DNA of 64,000 nucleotides. Origin: Gammaproteobacteria bacterium (GTDB lineage Bacteria; Pseudomonadota; Gammaproteobacteria; Ga0077536). The notes under the pieces were generated by a model that ran no database searches, had not been told where the DNA came from, and saw only the letters and a program-made list of their open reading frames with translations. Location of the stretch: assembly GCA_963662545.2 (NCBI GenBank), contig CAXXLL010000002.1, positions 2,112,001 to 2,176,000 of the forward strand, given 5' to 3'. Made by a program: the position numbers and the translations under genes. Below, in pieces: positions 1 through 13,774 of the stretch (positions within the stretch are counted from its first letter, which is position 1; each line of letters opens with the position of its first letter).

Positions 1-29
1 CACACTGGTTTTCCTTTGGTGATTCAGGG

Positions 30-127
30 ACCTAACGCTAAGTTCAGCCGCACTTGACGGCGGGCGACCTGAGCGACAGCGCAGGGAGTTCACGGTCAAG
101 TGTCGGCCTCAGGGCGTGTTGTTAGAT
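30..127 (-). other. attC site (integron cassette recombination site), family 1, somewhat degenerate
   Basis: ACCTAAC (30-36) ... GTTAGAT (121-127) enclose an imperfect inverted repeat; similar to 445-542; lies just downstream of ORF 135-440. Confidence 0.8.
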
Positions 128-134
128 TGGGCTC

Positions 135-440
135 TCATTGTTTTAGAGACCACTTTGTGTGCGCTTCCGGATCATGCCCAAATCCCGCTGCCATAAATAA
201 GTCTCGCCAATCAATTTGTGCCAATTGAATTGCACTTACTAACTTATCCATTTCCCCTTCGCTTAATTTCAATACAGAGATACGAATACGCTCCATTTCG
301 TATTTATCATAATCCTCACAATTAGGAATGATCTCGGCGCACTCGATTTCGAGTAATTGCCTTACTTCACTCCGGTCTATCGGGCGGAAGATCTTATCGA
401 TGAGTTCGGTAGTTCTTTCGCTAAGCTCGATCATCGTCAT
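135..440 (-). CDS. gene-cassette hypothetical protein (101 aa)
   Basis: AT-rich ORF bracketed by the complementary core sites ATCTAAC (445-451) and GTTAGAT (121-127). Confidence 0.75.
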   Translation of the reverse strand: MTMIELSERTTELIDKIFRPIDRSEVRQLLEIECAEIIPNCEDYDKYEMERIRISVLKLSEGEMDKLVSAIQLAQIDWRDLFMAAGFGHDPEAHTKWSLKQ

Positions 441-444
441 CAGA

Positions 445-542
445 ATCTAACGTTGAGTTGAGCGGCGCTTGATAGTGGCCGACCGGAGCGGTAGCGCAGG
501 GAAAGCCACTGTCAAGCGCCCGTCCCGAACGACTGGTTAGGC
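445..542 (-). other. attC site, family 1
   Basis: ATCTAAC...GTTAGGC with internal palindrome gcgcttgatagtggc / gccactgtcaagcgc. Confidence 0.88.
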
Positions 543-546
543 GTCA

Positions 547-1047
547 TCATATTCCTATTTCGGCGCGTCCAGCTGTTAGCTTTCCGGCAACTCCAACCCA
601 GTGAATGCCGATAAGCCAAACAGCGAAACCGGCTACCTCCAATCGAGGCACTCGTTCAAACGTAGCGCCGACCTCTGACCACCAAAATCTAATGTTCGGT
701 GCAATTCGACCAATTTTGAGTTTCTCCTCCCATATGTCATGGGCTAGTACCAGCTTCTTCCGATTAGGTTTGAAGCGCCAGACCCGATCATCAAAGTCAA
801 TCGAAAACTCCAGCCGAGGCCCCGACGCTTGCCTTTTACAGCGCGCAACGTGGATCCCGTTTTGCTCCAGCATCCACGTGGCCTTACCATCGGAACGAAT
901 AACATAGCGGTTCCCCTCGATCCAAAACTCGACATGTTTCCAGTCATCAAAACTAAGAACGCAGCACACCGCCCCGTTGTGCAAAAGCTCATAATCCTTC
1001 TCAAATAGTGCGAATGGACCGCCTGATTTTCTTAGCAGAAAATCCAT
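547..1047 (-). CDS. gene-cassette hypothetical protein (166 aa)
   Basis: ORF between attC sites; flanks GACGCCTAAC (1064-1073) and GTTAGGCGTC (536-545) are perfect 10-nt complements, as expected of a circularisable cassette. Confidence 0.75.
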   Translation of the reverse strand: MDFLLRKSGGPFALFEKDYELLHNGAVCCVLSFDDWKHVEFWIEGNRYVIRSDGKATWMLEQNGIHVARCKRQASGPRLEFSIDFDDRVWRFKPNRKKLVLAHDIWEEKLKIGRIAPNIRFWWSEVGATFERVPRLEVAGFAVWLIGIHWVGVAGKLTAGRAEIGI

Positions 1048-1066
1048 TTCAATGCTCTTTAATGAC

Positions 1067-1176
1067 GCCTAACGCTAGGATAACCTGCGTGTTACAGCGC
1101 GCTTATTTGGAGCGAAAATGCGAAGCCGGTTCAAAGAAGCGCGCTGTAACACGTCCGGTTGATCCATTGGTTAGGT
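1067..1176 (-). other. attC site, family 2
   Basis: GCCTAAC...GTTAGGT with cgtgttacagcgcgctt / aagcgcgctgtaacacg arms. Confidence 0.88.
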
Positions 1177-1635
1177 GGCTGTTTTCTCAAGGTGTTGGTC
1201 AACAAATTGCGTAAAGGCATCGCTGAATCTCCATTTCTGTGCCGACCACCACTTCCGTGCGCCAATGCCTTCGTACGTCTTTAGCGCGCTTTCACGGTAG
1301 CCCTCCCATTCTTGACGGGGAAACTTGCCGCTCGAAGCGGTATAAAACATATATTGAACGGATCGCGACCATGCCCACATGGCGATGTTGAATCTCGCGC
1401 GCTCTGCTTCGCTCAATTCCTCATCCGCGATACCCCTTTCCCACAGTAGCGGAAGATCTGGCTCCGCCATTAAAGAGCAGAGAAAATCTCTCGAAAGCTG
1501 TATAGAAAACGAGAAGTTCGCGTCGTTCTGCGCGGCCGTGTTTCGCCTTAGTTCTACGACGAGATATAGGAGGGAAATAACGACGCAGATTACGCCAGCC
1601 CCTTCTACCAATACGCCGATGGCTTCCCAATTCAT
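1171..1635 (-). CDS. gene-cassette hypothetical membrane-anchored protein (154 aa, MNWEAIG... N-terminal TM helix)
   Basis: Start re-called at ATG 1635 because the ORF-track extension runs into attC; TAA stop overlaps the attC inverse core; flanks GCCACCTAAC / GTTAGGTGGC are complementary. Confidence 0.75.
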   Translation of the reverse strand: MNWEAIGVLVEGAGVICVVISLLYLVVELRRNTAAQNDANFSFSIQLSRDFLCSLMAEPDLPLLWERGIADEELSEAERARFNIAMWAWSRSVQYMFYTASSGKFPRQEWEGYRESALKTYEGIGARKWWSAQKWRFSDAFTQFVDQHLEKTAT

Positions 1636-1650
1636 CGATTTACTCTGGCC

Positions 1651-1790
1651 ACCTAACGCCAGGATAACCTGCGTGTTACAGCGCGCTTCTTTCGGGCGAG
1701 AATGGCAGCGACCTAAAGAAGCGCGCTGTAACACGTCAGCCGACCTAAAGAAGCGCGCTGTAACACGTCAGGTTGATCCGTTTGTTAGGT
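1651..1790 (-). other. attC site, family 2, with an internal 31-bp tandem duplication
   Basis: ACCTAAC...GTTAGGT; near copy of 1067-1176; cgacctaaagaagcgcgctgtaacacgtcag occurs at 1709-1739 and 1741-1771. Confidence 0.85.
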
Positions 1791-1798
1791 GAATGGTG

Positions 1799-3120
1799 GG
1801 TACGGACCGGGTAGATAGGTAACATTATAGTCAAGGTACATGGGTGACAGATCAATGGTATTAGGTTCCTCAAAGGAGGAGTCCGATGCCCTGGAGAGAA
1901 ACGTCACCAATGAACGAAAAAACGCAATTCATCGCAGACTATCTGCGCGACCTGTTGACAGTTACCGAGCTGTGCGAACATTACGGCATCAGTCGCAAGA
2001 CTGGCTACAAATGGATTGATCGGTATCTAAGCGAAGGTCCGGCGGGTTTAGAGGAACGCACACGGCGGCCTAGAACTTGCCCGCATAAAACGCCGGCGCG
2101 GCTCGAGCGCCTGATCATCGATGCGCGACAACGTCATCCGACTTGGGGCGCTCGTAAATTGCGGACGTTTCTATCGCGGAAGCACCCGCGAGAGCCGTGG
2201 CCAACACGGACAACCATTCATGACATCCTAATCCGTGAAGGATTCATCCGGACACCGCGGCGCTCACGCAAACTCGGGCATCCGGGAAAACCTGAAACCC
2301 GAATGAATGCACCCAACCAAACCTGGGGCGCCGACTTCAAAGGGCATTTCAAGACCGAAGACGGGCGGTATTGTTACCCGTTGACCGTCACCGATGGCTT
2401 TAGTCGATACCTCATCGGATGCCAGTCATTACTCACGACCGCCGTTGAACCATCGAAGGCGGTGTTCACCCGCTTATTCAAAGAATACGGACTGCCAGAA
2501 CGCATCCGTACCGACAACGGCGTCCCCTTCGCGACGAACACGCTCGGTCGATTATCAACGCTGTCTGCCTGGTGGATCAGGCTTGGTATTTATCCCGAGC
2601 TCATCGAACCCGGAAAGCCTCAACAAAATGGCCGACACGAACGGATGCACCGAACCTTAAAGGCGGAGACGACTCGACCTCCGGCCGGGGACTATCGCGC
2701 GCAACAGAAACGATTTAATCGGTTCCAGATTGAATTCAATGAAGAACGCCCTCATGAAGCGCTCGACATGTTCACACCTGCCGACTTCTACGAATTTTCT
2801 GCCAAAGAAATGCCTAGCAAAATCCCGCCGCTCGAATATCCTGACCGTTTCATCAAGCGCTTCGTCAGTGCCAACGGTGGCATCCGATGGCATTCCACCC
2901 ATGTGCCTGTCTCAATCGCGTGTGCCGGTGAGTACATAGGATTAGAGGAAATCGACTGTGGTGTTTGGAACGTCTATTTCGGAACGCTTAAGCTCGGCCG
3001 AATGATTGAAAAATACAATCGGATCGAAGATGCTTACGGCCGACTAAAACGACATTATCGATAACAAAAGTGTTACCCATCTACCTTGGCACTTTTGTTA
3101 CCTTTCTCCCGGTCCGCTCA
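1799..3120 (+). mobile_element. IS481-family insertion sequence
   Basis: About 50-bp imperfect terminal IRs (cggaccggg..ggtaaca..caaggta.atgggt.aca) with iterated GGTAACA motifs around a transposase; no target duplication visible. Confidence 0.85.
1886..3064 (+). CDS. IS481-family DDE transposase
   Basis: MPWRET start, HTH, WGADFKG / RIRTDNG / PQQNGRHERMHRTLK integrase core motifs. Confidence 0.93.
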   Translation: MPWRETSPMNEKTQFIADYLRDLLTVTELCEHYGISRKTGYKWIDRYLSEGPAGLEERTRRPRTCPHKTPARLERLIIDARQRHPTWGARKLRTFLSRKHPREPWPTRTTIHDILIREGFIRTPRRSRKLGHPGKPETRMNAPNQTWGADFKGHFKTEDGRYCYPLTVTDGFSRYLIGCQSLLTTAVEPSKAVFTRLFKEYGLPERIRTDNGVPFATNTLGRLSTLSAWWIRLGIYPELIEPGKPQQNGRHERMHRTLKAETTRPPAGDYRAQQKRFNRFQIEFNEERPHEALDMFTPADFYEFSAKEMPSKIPPLEYPDRFIKRFVSANGGIRWHSTHVPVSIACAGEYIGLEEIDCGVWNVYFGTLKLGRMIEKYNRIEDAYGRLKRHYR

Positions 3121-3206
3121 TTGCATTTCAATTATTAGCTGAGATACTGTCGCCAAAGGTGGCCGTATTTTCGTCATAGCGGATACTTCCATTGCGCAGC
3201 CAACTA

Positions 3207-4399
3207 AATATGTTCCAAAAACTCGATCAAATAAAAAGAACTCAGGTGACACTTCTTCGGCGGTGTTCCAAAAACTCGATCAAATAAAAAGAACTCAGGT
3301 GACATTCAGAGATAGGTTGTATCGAGCAATCTACGTTCCCGAAAGAGGTCACCTGAGTATGGATAGTTTAGTGTCATTGACGCGCTCACAGAAACGTCGC
3401 TTTAAGCGGTTGATTCAACGCAGCGATAACGGGCGGGTGGTTCGCCGCGCTCAAGTCCTGTTGCAGTTAGCTTCAGGCGTCTCACCGACGACCGTGTCAC
3501 GCAGTTTGTCGGTCGCGCGTTCAACGGTTTATCGATGGGTCACGCAATTCCAGACCGCGGGTGAAGCCTTTCTCGAGGCGTGCGGCTCGGGCCGGCGGGC
3601 GTATACGGTGGATGACACCCTGTTGGAGACGCTCGCCGAGTTAGTTGAGCAGCCGCCCAGTGATTATGGCTACCTGCGCAGTACGTGGACGAGCGAGATG
3701 CTGGCCGAGACGCTGAATTCGTTGCTGTCACGGCCCATTCACGCCTCTACGGTACGTCGCTGGCTAGTTAATTTGGGATTCGGCTGGCGTCGTGCTCGTC
3801 CGACCTTACATCTGCGCGACCCACGGGCAGCCACGCGCCTGAAAGCCATTCATCGTGCGTTGTCTCGAGCCCCATCGGGGCATGAAGTGTTTTACGCCGA
3901 TGAGGTCGATATCGACCTCAATCCCAAAATCGGTTTCCTTTGGTCTACTCAAGGTTGTCAACGTGCCATCCCCACGCCTGGGCAAAACCGGAAACGCTAT
4001 CTGGCGGGCGCGCTGCACGCACGAACCGGTCGCGTTGCGTATGTCGAGGGCACACGGAAAAACAGCGACCTATTCCTTTGCCTGCTCGACCACCTGCGGC
4101 AAACTTACCGCGCCGCGCGTCGAATTATCTTGATCGTGGATAACTACATCATCCACAAATGTCGCTTGGCACACGTCTGGCTAAAGCACAATCCGAAATT
4201 CCGATTGCTGTTCCAGCCGGCCTATCAGCCCTGGGTCAATGACATTGAGAAACTCTGGAAACAGTTGCACGACAATGTCACCCGGAATCATCGTTACTCG
4301 ACCATCGACCGTCTGATGGACGCAGTACGTGCCTTCATGCGTGCGGCAAGTCCATTCCCGGGAAACTGCCCGAGTGTCGCAAGATTTGGATCACCTATT
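3207..4399 (+). mobile_element. IS630-family insertion sequence
   Basis: TA duplication (3205-3206, 4400-4401) in a reconstructed CTAG target; ends aata..tgttccaaaa / tttggatcacctatt. Confidence 0.85.
3211..3304. repeat. 41-bp direct repeat at the IS630 left end
   Basis: tgttccaaaaactcgatcaaataaaaagaactcaggtgaca at 3211-3251 and 3264-3304, separated by 12 bp. Confidence 0.9.
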
Positions 4400-4402
4400 T
4401 AG
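3359..4402 (+). CDS. IS630-family transposase
   Basis: HTH, FYADEVDI, IVDNYIIHK, PAYQPWVNDIEKLW DDE motifs; start re-called at ATG 3359 after AGAGG. Confidence 0.92.
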   Translation: MDSLVSLTRSQKRRFKRLIQRSDNGRVVRRAQVLLQLASGVSPTTVSRSLSVARSTVYRWVTQFQTAGEAFLEACGSGRRAYTVDDTLLETLAELVEQPPSDYGYLRSTWTSEMLAETLNSLLSRPIHASTVRRWLVNLGFGWRRARPTLHLRDPRAATRLKAIHRALSRAPSGHEVFYADEVDIDLNPKIGFLWSTQGCQRAIPTPGQNRKRYLAGALHARTGRVAYVEGTRKNSDLFLCLLDHLRQTYRAARRIILIVDNYIIHKCRLAHVWLKHNPKFRLLFQPAYQPWVNDIEKLWKQLHDNVTRNHRYSTIDRLMDAVRAFMRAASPFPGNCPSVARFGSPI

Positions 4403-4739
4403 ATATTGCGCCAATCAAATTATCAATCGTCGCCAACACACTGAATCCGGCGAGACAGAAAAGTACAAACATAATTGTGAGTCTAATTGAACTTGCGGAA
4501 TCAATCAGCCGTTCGATTGTTGCGAGTAATCCTAGAAGAACAATAGTAAGTAGTAGATGAAACAGGGCGCAGCGCGTTCGGTAACGTGATTTAGTTTCGC
4601 CGTGCTTCGGGCGTGGACCATAGGATTTATTCATCGTCTACCGTTGCCAGGCAAAGCCACCCGCAATTAGATACATTTAAATGGGCCCGATAGATCAAAC
4701 GCAAAAAGTCGGCCCTACGATAATCGAAAAAATCATTCC

Positions 4740-4770
4740 CCGATGCACCTAACAGTTATATGGAAAGAAC
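4740..4770 (-). other. putative attI (array-proximal recombination site)
   Basis: Minus strand reads ccatataact-GTTAGGTgcat, matching the inverse core of attC 1651-1790 at 10/11 nt; the upstream sequence is AT-rich and is not an attC palindrome. Confidence 0.55.
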
Positions 4771-5062
4771 GAGTAATTAGTGTAATAGACAGAATCCATT
4801 TTGTTGACTAATTAGGGATTCTGTAATGCTCCCGGCATTCCATTGAATCTTAGCGCATCATCCGCGACGATTTACGCGCCGAGGCAAACAATGCGATTCC
4901 GATCCATCGGTCTGGCTGACTGAAATAGGCAGAATATTTCAGCACTCGAAATCAGAGCTCGAACTTATTGTCGATGCTATACAGATCTAATTCGTAAATC
5001 AGAACAATGAAGAATTAGCCTAGCATGTTGCCATGGACCAAACCAAACCCGCCTCACCCGGT

Positions 5063-6763
5063 TCAGGCCGTCTTGGCTTCCTCCAAACCCAGCTCTTCCG
5101 CCATCTCGTCGCGCATCACGAATTTTTGAATCTTCCCCGTAACCGTCATCGGAAATTCGTCAACGAAACGGATATACGCAGGCACTTTGTAATGCGCGAT
5201 CTGCCCCTTGCAGAATTCCCGAATCTCGTCTTCGCTCGACGATTCCCCATCGCGTAATTTGATCCACGCGGCGACCGCCTCGCCTAAGCGATCGTCGGGC
5301 ACGCCAAACACTGCGACGTCCTGCACTTTGGGATGACGGTAAAGGTATTCCTCGATCTCGCGGGGGGATACGTTTTCTCCGCCGCGGATGATCATGTCTT
5401 TTACCCGGCCGACGATGTTGCAATAACCCTCGGCGTCGATCACCGCGAGATCGCCCGTGTGCATCCAGCCGGCGGGATCGATCGTGTCGGCGGTTTTCTC
5501 CGGTTCGTTCCAATAGCTGCGCATGACGCTGTAGCCGCGCGTGCACAGTTCACCGCGCTCGCCGCGCGGCACCACGCCGGCGTTCTCATCGATGATCTTG
5601 ACCTACACGTGGGGATGGATGCGCCCGACCGTGGAGACGCGTTTCTCCAGCGGGTCGTCGGTGCTGCTCTGGAAGCTGACCGGGCTCGTTTCCGTCATCC
5701 CGTAGGCAATCGTCACTTGTTCCATGTGCATTTCCAATTGCACCCGCTTCATCACTTCCACGGGGCAGGGCGCGCCCGCCATGATGCCGGTGCGCAGGGT
5801 CGAGAAATCGGTATTCTCGAACGCGGGGTGATCGAACTCGGCAATGAACATGGTCGGCACACCGTGGAGCGCCGTGCAGCGCTCGGCCTCGACCGCCGCC
5901 AGCACGTCGCCCGGCTCGAATCCTTCACCCGGAAACACCATTGCGGCGCCGTGCGTAGCGCAGGTCAGCACACCCATCACCATGCCGAAGCAGTGGTATA
6001 GGGGGACCGGGATGCACAGGCGGTCCTGCTCACTGAACTGCATGGCCTGGCCGACGAAGTAGGCATTGTTGACGATGTTCAAGTGCGTCAGGGTCGCGCC
6101 CTTGGGCGTGCCCGTCGTGCCGCTGGTGAATTGGATGTTGATGCAGTCGTCGGGATCGAGCGTCGGCTCGATATCATGGAGCTTGGTGCGATCACCGTCG
6201 TTCGCGCCAGCCGCCACGTCCTCGAAGCGCACTATGCCGGGAATGGTTTCGGACGCGGTGCAGATGACGCTACGCAGATGCGGGAAGCGTTGGGCTTTGA
6301 GCGCACCGGGTTTCGCCTGGTCGAGTTCGGGCGCGAGATCGCGCAGCATGCGGACGTAGTCGCTGGTCTTGAATTGATCAGCGATTACGATGGCCTTGCA
6401 TTCGACCTGGTTTAGCGCGAATTCGAGCTCCGCGACGCGGTAGGCGGGATTGATGTTGACCAGTATCAAGCCCGCCTTAGCCGTGGCAAATTGGGTCAAT
6501 ACCCATTCGATTCGGTTGGGCGACCAGATCCCGATCCGATCGCCCGGTTCGAGTCCGAGGGCCAGCAATCCCGCCGCGAGTTGGTCGGCGGCATCCCTGA
6601 GTTCGCGGTAGCTCATGCGCAGGTTCTGGTGGCGCACGATGACGGCGTCGCGATCGCCCCAGCGCGCGGCCGCCTGGTCCAGGACCTGTCCGACGGTCGA
6701 AAAGAGCAGGGGCTTGGTACTCGTACCGCAGACGTAGCTCAAGGGTTCACCACTCATTGGCAT
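5063..6763 (-). pseudogene. acyl-CoA synthetase (AMP-binding, ACSF2-like) with an in-frame TAG at 5603-5605
   Basis: [30 protein letters not shown] motifs; both ORF halves are in frame: IHPHV*VKIIDEN. Confidence 0.85.
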
Positions 6764-6788
6764 GCCTCATTTGAATGCGTTGTTGTCG

Positions 6789-7091
6789 CTACCCTTCGAG
6801 CTTGCGGCGAACGCTGTCGACCTTGTCCGCCATGGTCTGCTCGCGATCGGTGCGCGTGCCGACCTTCAAAGTGGTGAACACGCGCGGCACGCCCATTTCG
6901 TGGACGCGTTCGTGGCATTGCTTGACGACGCGAAATACCGCATCCCAGTCCCCTTGAATCACGGTCCCGTAAGGGTGCAGTTCCGATTCCAATCCCGCCG
7001 CCTCGATCAGGCGTTCGCATTCGGCGATGTACTCGGATACCGACACGCCGACTCCCATCGGCACCACGCACAAATCCACCATGACATTCAT
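6789..7091 (-). CDS. MTH1187/YkoF-family thiamine-binding protein
   Basis: VVPMGVGVSVSEYIA, LHPYGTVIQGDWD, RTDR..TMADKVDSV signature. Confidence 0.88.
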   Translation of the reverse strand: MNVMVDLCVVPMGVGVSVSEYIAECERLIEAAGLESELHPYGTVIQGDWDAVFRVVKQCHERVHEMGVPRVFTTLKVGTRTDREQTMADKVDSVRRKLEG

Positions 7092-7109
7092 CGCAACACC
7101 TTGAGTTGA

Positions 7110-8509
7110 TCAGAAATCAAGATTCTTGGGGGTGCGCGGGAAGGGGATGACGTCGCGGATGTTCGACACCCCGGTCGCAAACATCAGAAACCGCTCGAAG
7201 CCGAGCCCGAAACCCACGTGCGGCGCGCTGCCGAAGCGCCGTGTGTCCAGGTACCACCAGTAATCGCGCTCCTCGAAGCCGAGTTCGCCGATGCGGGTTC
7301 TGAGTTTGCCCAGCCGCTCTTCACGTGCGCTGCCGCCGACCAGCTCGCCGATGTGGGGCACCAGGAGATCCATCGCCGCGACGGTCTCGTCGTCGTCGTT
7401 TTGCCGCATGTAAAACGCCTTGATGTCCTTCGGCCAATCATAGACGAAGACCGGGCCCTGGAAATGTTCTTCGGTCAGGAACCGCTCGTGCTCGGACTGC
7501 AGGTCCGCGCCCCAGTCGGGTTTGAATTCGAAGTCCTTACCCGATCCCTTGAGAATGTCGATGGCGTCAGCGTAGGGGAGGCGGGTGAATTCGCTCGAGA
7601 ACACTTGATCCAGACGCGCCTCCAAGGTCTTGTCGACGAAACGGCTGAACAGGCCGAGATCGTCGCGACAATCCTCGCGCACGAACCGGATCAACTCGCG
7701 CACCAAGTCCTCGGCGAGCTGCATGTCGTCGAAGATATCGGCGAAAGCGATCTCAGGCTCGATCATCCAGAACTCGGCCATGTGACGGCTGGTGTTGGAA
7801 TTCTCAGAGCGGAAAGTCGGTCCGAAAGTGTAGACCTTGGTCAGCGCGAGACAATAAGTCTCGACCGAGAGCTGCCCGGAAACCGTGAGGTGGGCTGCCT
7901 TGCCGAAGAAATCGTCTTCGACCTTAAGCCCGGCATTCGGGGGTGGCGCGCCGTAGGGGTCGAGCGCCGTTACCCGGAACATCTCGCCCGCGCCCTCGCA
8001 GTCCGAACCCGTGATGATCGGGGTATGCACATGGTGAAAGCCGCGATCCTGGAAGAACTGGTGAATCGCAAACGACAGCCGCGAGCGGATCCGCGCCATC
8101 GCGCCGTACTTGTTGGTGCGGGCGCGCAGGTGCGCGACGCCACGCAGGAACTCGTCACTGTGGCGTTTCTTCTGGAGCGGGAAATCCTCGCCGCAGTCGC
8201 CGACGATAGCTAAGCGCTTCGCCTTGAGCTCCCAGCGCTGTCCCTTGCCGGGCGATTCGACCAACTCCCCCTCGATGGCCAGGGCCGTCCCTGTAGCGAC
8301 GCGCTCGAGTTCGGCAAAGCCTTCGGTTTTCGGTTCTACGATGACCTGCAGGTTCGCGAGACAGCTGCCGTCGTTCAATTCGACGAAGGCGAAATCCTTG
8401 GACTCGCGCTTGGTCCGCACCCAGCCCGAGATCCGTGCTTGTGGGATCGGGTCTGTTGCGTCGATCAGATCCGCACACGGAGTACGTTGGTCGAACGGCA
8501 CGTGCTCCA

Positions 8510-8510
<1 letters not shown>
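7110..8510 (-). CDS. asnS: asparagine--tRNA ligase
   Basis: OB fold, SDCEGAGEMF, TFRSENSNTSRHMAEFWMIEPE, GFGLGFER, IRDVIPFPR; start ATG 8510 overlaps the metH stop (TGATG). Confidence 0.95.
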
Positions 8511-12208
<3,698 letters not shown>

Positions 12209-12234
12209 CGGTATTCCGGGTAAATCAAGACTGG

Positions 12235-12390
12235 GAGCCTGTATGGCAAAGCGAATCGTAGCGAGGCGAATGGGAAATCGAGGCCAGTTTTTCGATCATC
12301 TGAGACGAGCAATAGTGACTATTAAATGAAGATGATTGGGGTGAACCGATTTCCCGCCACCGCACTAGATTCCCTATGCCATAGCGGCTC
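12235..12390. mobile_element. degenerate MITE related to family B, without internal inserts (family D)
   Basis: TIRs GAGCCTGTATGGCA / TGCCATAGCGGCTC; shares gaatcgtagcgaggcg and the aatag..ctatt hairpin with 33921-34193. Confidence 0.6.
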
Positions 12391-12433
12391 CAAGCCGATT
12401 ATTTTAAACCGAGACGACCGCCTCGGCACTTAG

Positions 12434-12595
12434 GGAACCTCTAAATAAGTCATGGCACATCTGCCTTGTCCATGAAATCGCGCAGCTCAGCGTTACGAAC
12501 CTTGCCCATAGTCCCCGCTATGGCCTGCGATTCGTGCCTTGATCTGCACAATTTCGTGAACAATTCAGACGCACCATGACTTATCCAGAGGTTCC
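12434..12595. mobile_element. 162-bp MITE family A, copy 1
   Basis: TIRs GGAACCTCTaAATAAGTCATGG / CCATGACTTATcCAGAGGTTCC; TTAG duplicated on both sides. Confidence 0.9.
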
Positions 12596-13696
12596 TTAGG
12601 CGGGGAGAAGCTCTTGGCGCGGCATCGGCTTGAGACGGATCTTGCGTCGATGCCACATCAAAAGGCCGAGCAGGATCAAGACGAAAACCAGGTGTATGGG
12701 CCATAAGCCGATGGTGGCGGACAGGATCTCCTTCTTCATGAGGGCGCGCCCGACGCCGAGCAGGTTGGTATAGGCGAAATAGCCGGACAAAGCTGTGATC
12801 AGTCCCAAATACCATCGCCCGCCGCGCATTGCTAGGCCCACCAGAAGCGCGAGCCCTGGACCCAGAAAAGTGCTGATCGGCAGGGCGAGGCGCCACTGGA
12901 GCTCGGTGGCGTACGGCGCGCCCTTGAGCCGCCACAATTCACTCGTCAAGAGAAAGCCAATGTGTGCACCAAACTGTGTCGGCTCGCGATTCTCGACGCG
13001 CAGCGCGTAGCGCGAAAAATCGGTGATCACGAAATTGAGCTGCCCCGGCGTACCCGCATAGCTGCGACCGTCTTCAAATACCGCGAAGCGATCGCCGGAT
13101 TTATCACGTAGTTCGATGAAAGCTCGTTTGGAACGCAACGATCCGCTGTCGTCACCGCTCTGGCTCCGCACGAAGGCGTTCTCGAGGTATTTTTCGTCTG
13201 CGGAAATGGATTCTGCGTAGAACACGCGCTTGCCGCCCGAAAGTTCCTTGAAACGGCCTGCCTTGACTCCGGCGATGGTGGCTTCGCTCTCGGACTGTTC
13301 CCTGAGTTCCTGCAGGGTCAACTCGGCGCGCGGACCGATAACAAACGTGATGGACGCGACCAGCAGAGAAGCCGCGCCTGCCAGCGCGAGGGCCGGGAAC
13401 AATAATTGCTGATGGGTCACGCCCGCGGCGCGCATCGCGACCCATTCGGACCCCTGTTGCAAGCGCGTGATTGCGGCGTAGGTGCCGAGGAAAAGTCCAA
13501 TGGGCACGATGTCCTTGAGCGATACCAGCATCTTCAGCATGATGATGCGGGTAATGTGCTGCGGTGCGACCTTGCCTTGGGCAGCTTCCCCGAGATGGGT
13601 GGCGAAGCGCGTACTGATATAGAGCACGAACAACCCGGCCACGATCATGGCGCTGATCTTCAGCGCTTCGAGAACGAAGTAGCGAGGCAGGATCAT
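12596..13696 (-). CDS. LptF/LptG-family LPS export permease (LptF-like)
   Basis: MILPRY start, SEWVAMRAAG motif, beta-jellyroll region, ELQWRLALP; no lptG adjacent. Confidence 0.85.
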   Translation of the reverse strand: MILPRYFVLEALKISAMIVAGLFVLYISTRFATHLGEAAQGKVAPQHITRIIMLKMLVSLKDIVPIGLFLGTYAAITRLQQGSEWVAMRAAGVTHQQLLFPALALAGAASLLVASITFVIGPRAELTLQELREQSESEATIAGVKAGRFKELSGGKRVFYAESISADEKYLENAFVRSQSGDDSGSLRSKRAFIELRDKSGDRFAVFEDGRSYAGTPGQLNFVITDFSRYALRVENREPTQFGAHIGFLLTSELWRLKGAPYATELQWRLALPISTFLGPGLALLVGLAMRGGRWYLGLITALSGYFAYTNLLGVGRALMKKEILSATIGLWPIHLVFVLILLGLLMWHRRKIRLKPMPRQELLPA

Positions 13697-13774
13697 CGCT
13701 CTGCGACCGGCCTCCAACCTACGCGGGCGGGGGCCCGGCGTTCGGCGACTCGCCGTCTCGTGGCTGATTGCCGA

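Larger units (their letters stand above)
3128..4634 (-). pseudogene. cassette ORF (small membrane protein, ~103 aa) split by IS630
   Basis: Removing IS630 and one TA copy joins ...NLIGAIS to SWLRNGSIRYDENTATFGDSISANN* (TGA at 3128-3130) in frame. Confidence 0.6.

Noticed and set aside
3211-3304. CRISPR array
   Set aside because: Only two 41-bp copies with a 12-bp spacer, part of the IS630 end, and no cas genes
4960-4990. LexA box in the putative integron promoter region
   Set aside because: No correctly spaced CTGT-N8-ACAG
5033-5257. Truncated intI N terminus
   Set aside because: Position and orientation fit, but only ~10 codons precede the overlap with the acyl-CoA synthetase and no tyrosine-recombinase motif is visible
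12209-12430. Cobalamin or SAM riboswitch upstream of metH
   Set aside because: No B12-box or SAM consensus recognised; the structured segment is explained by a family-B-related MITE
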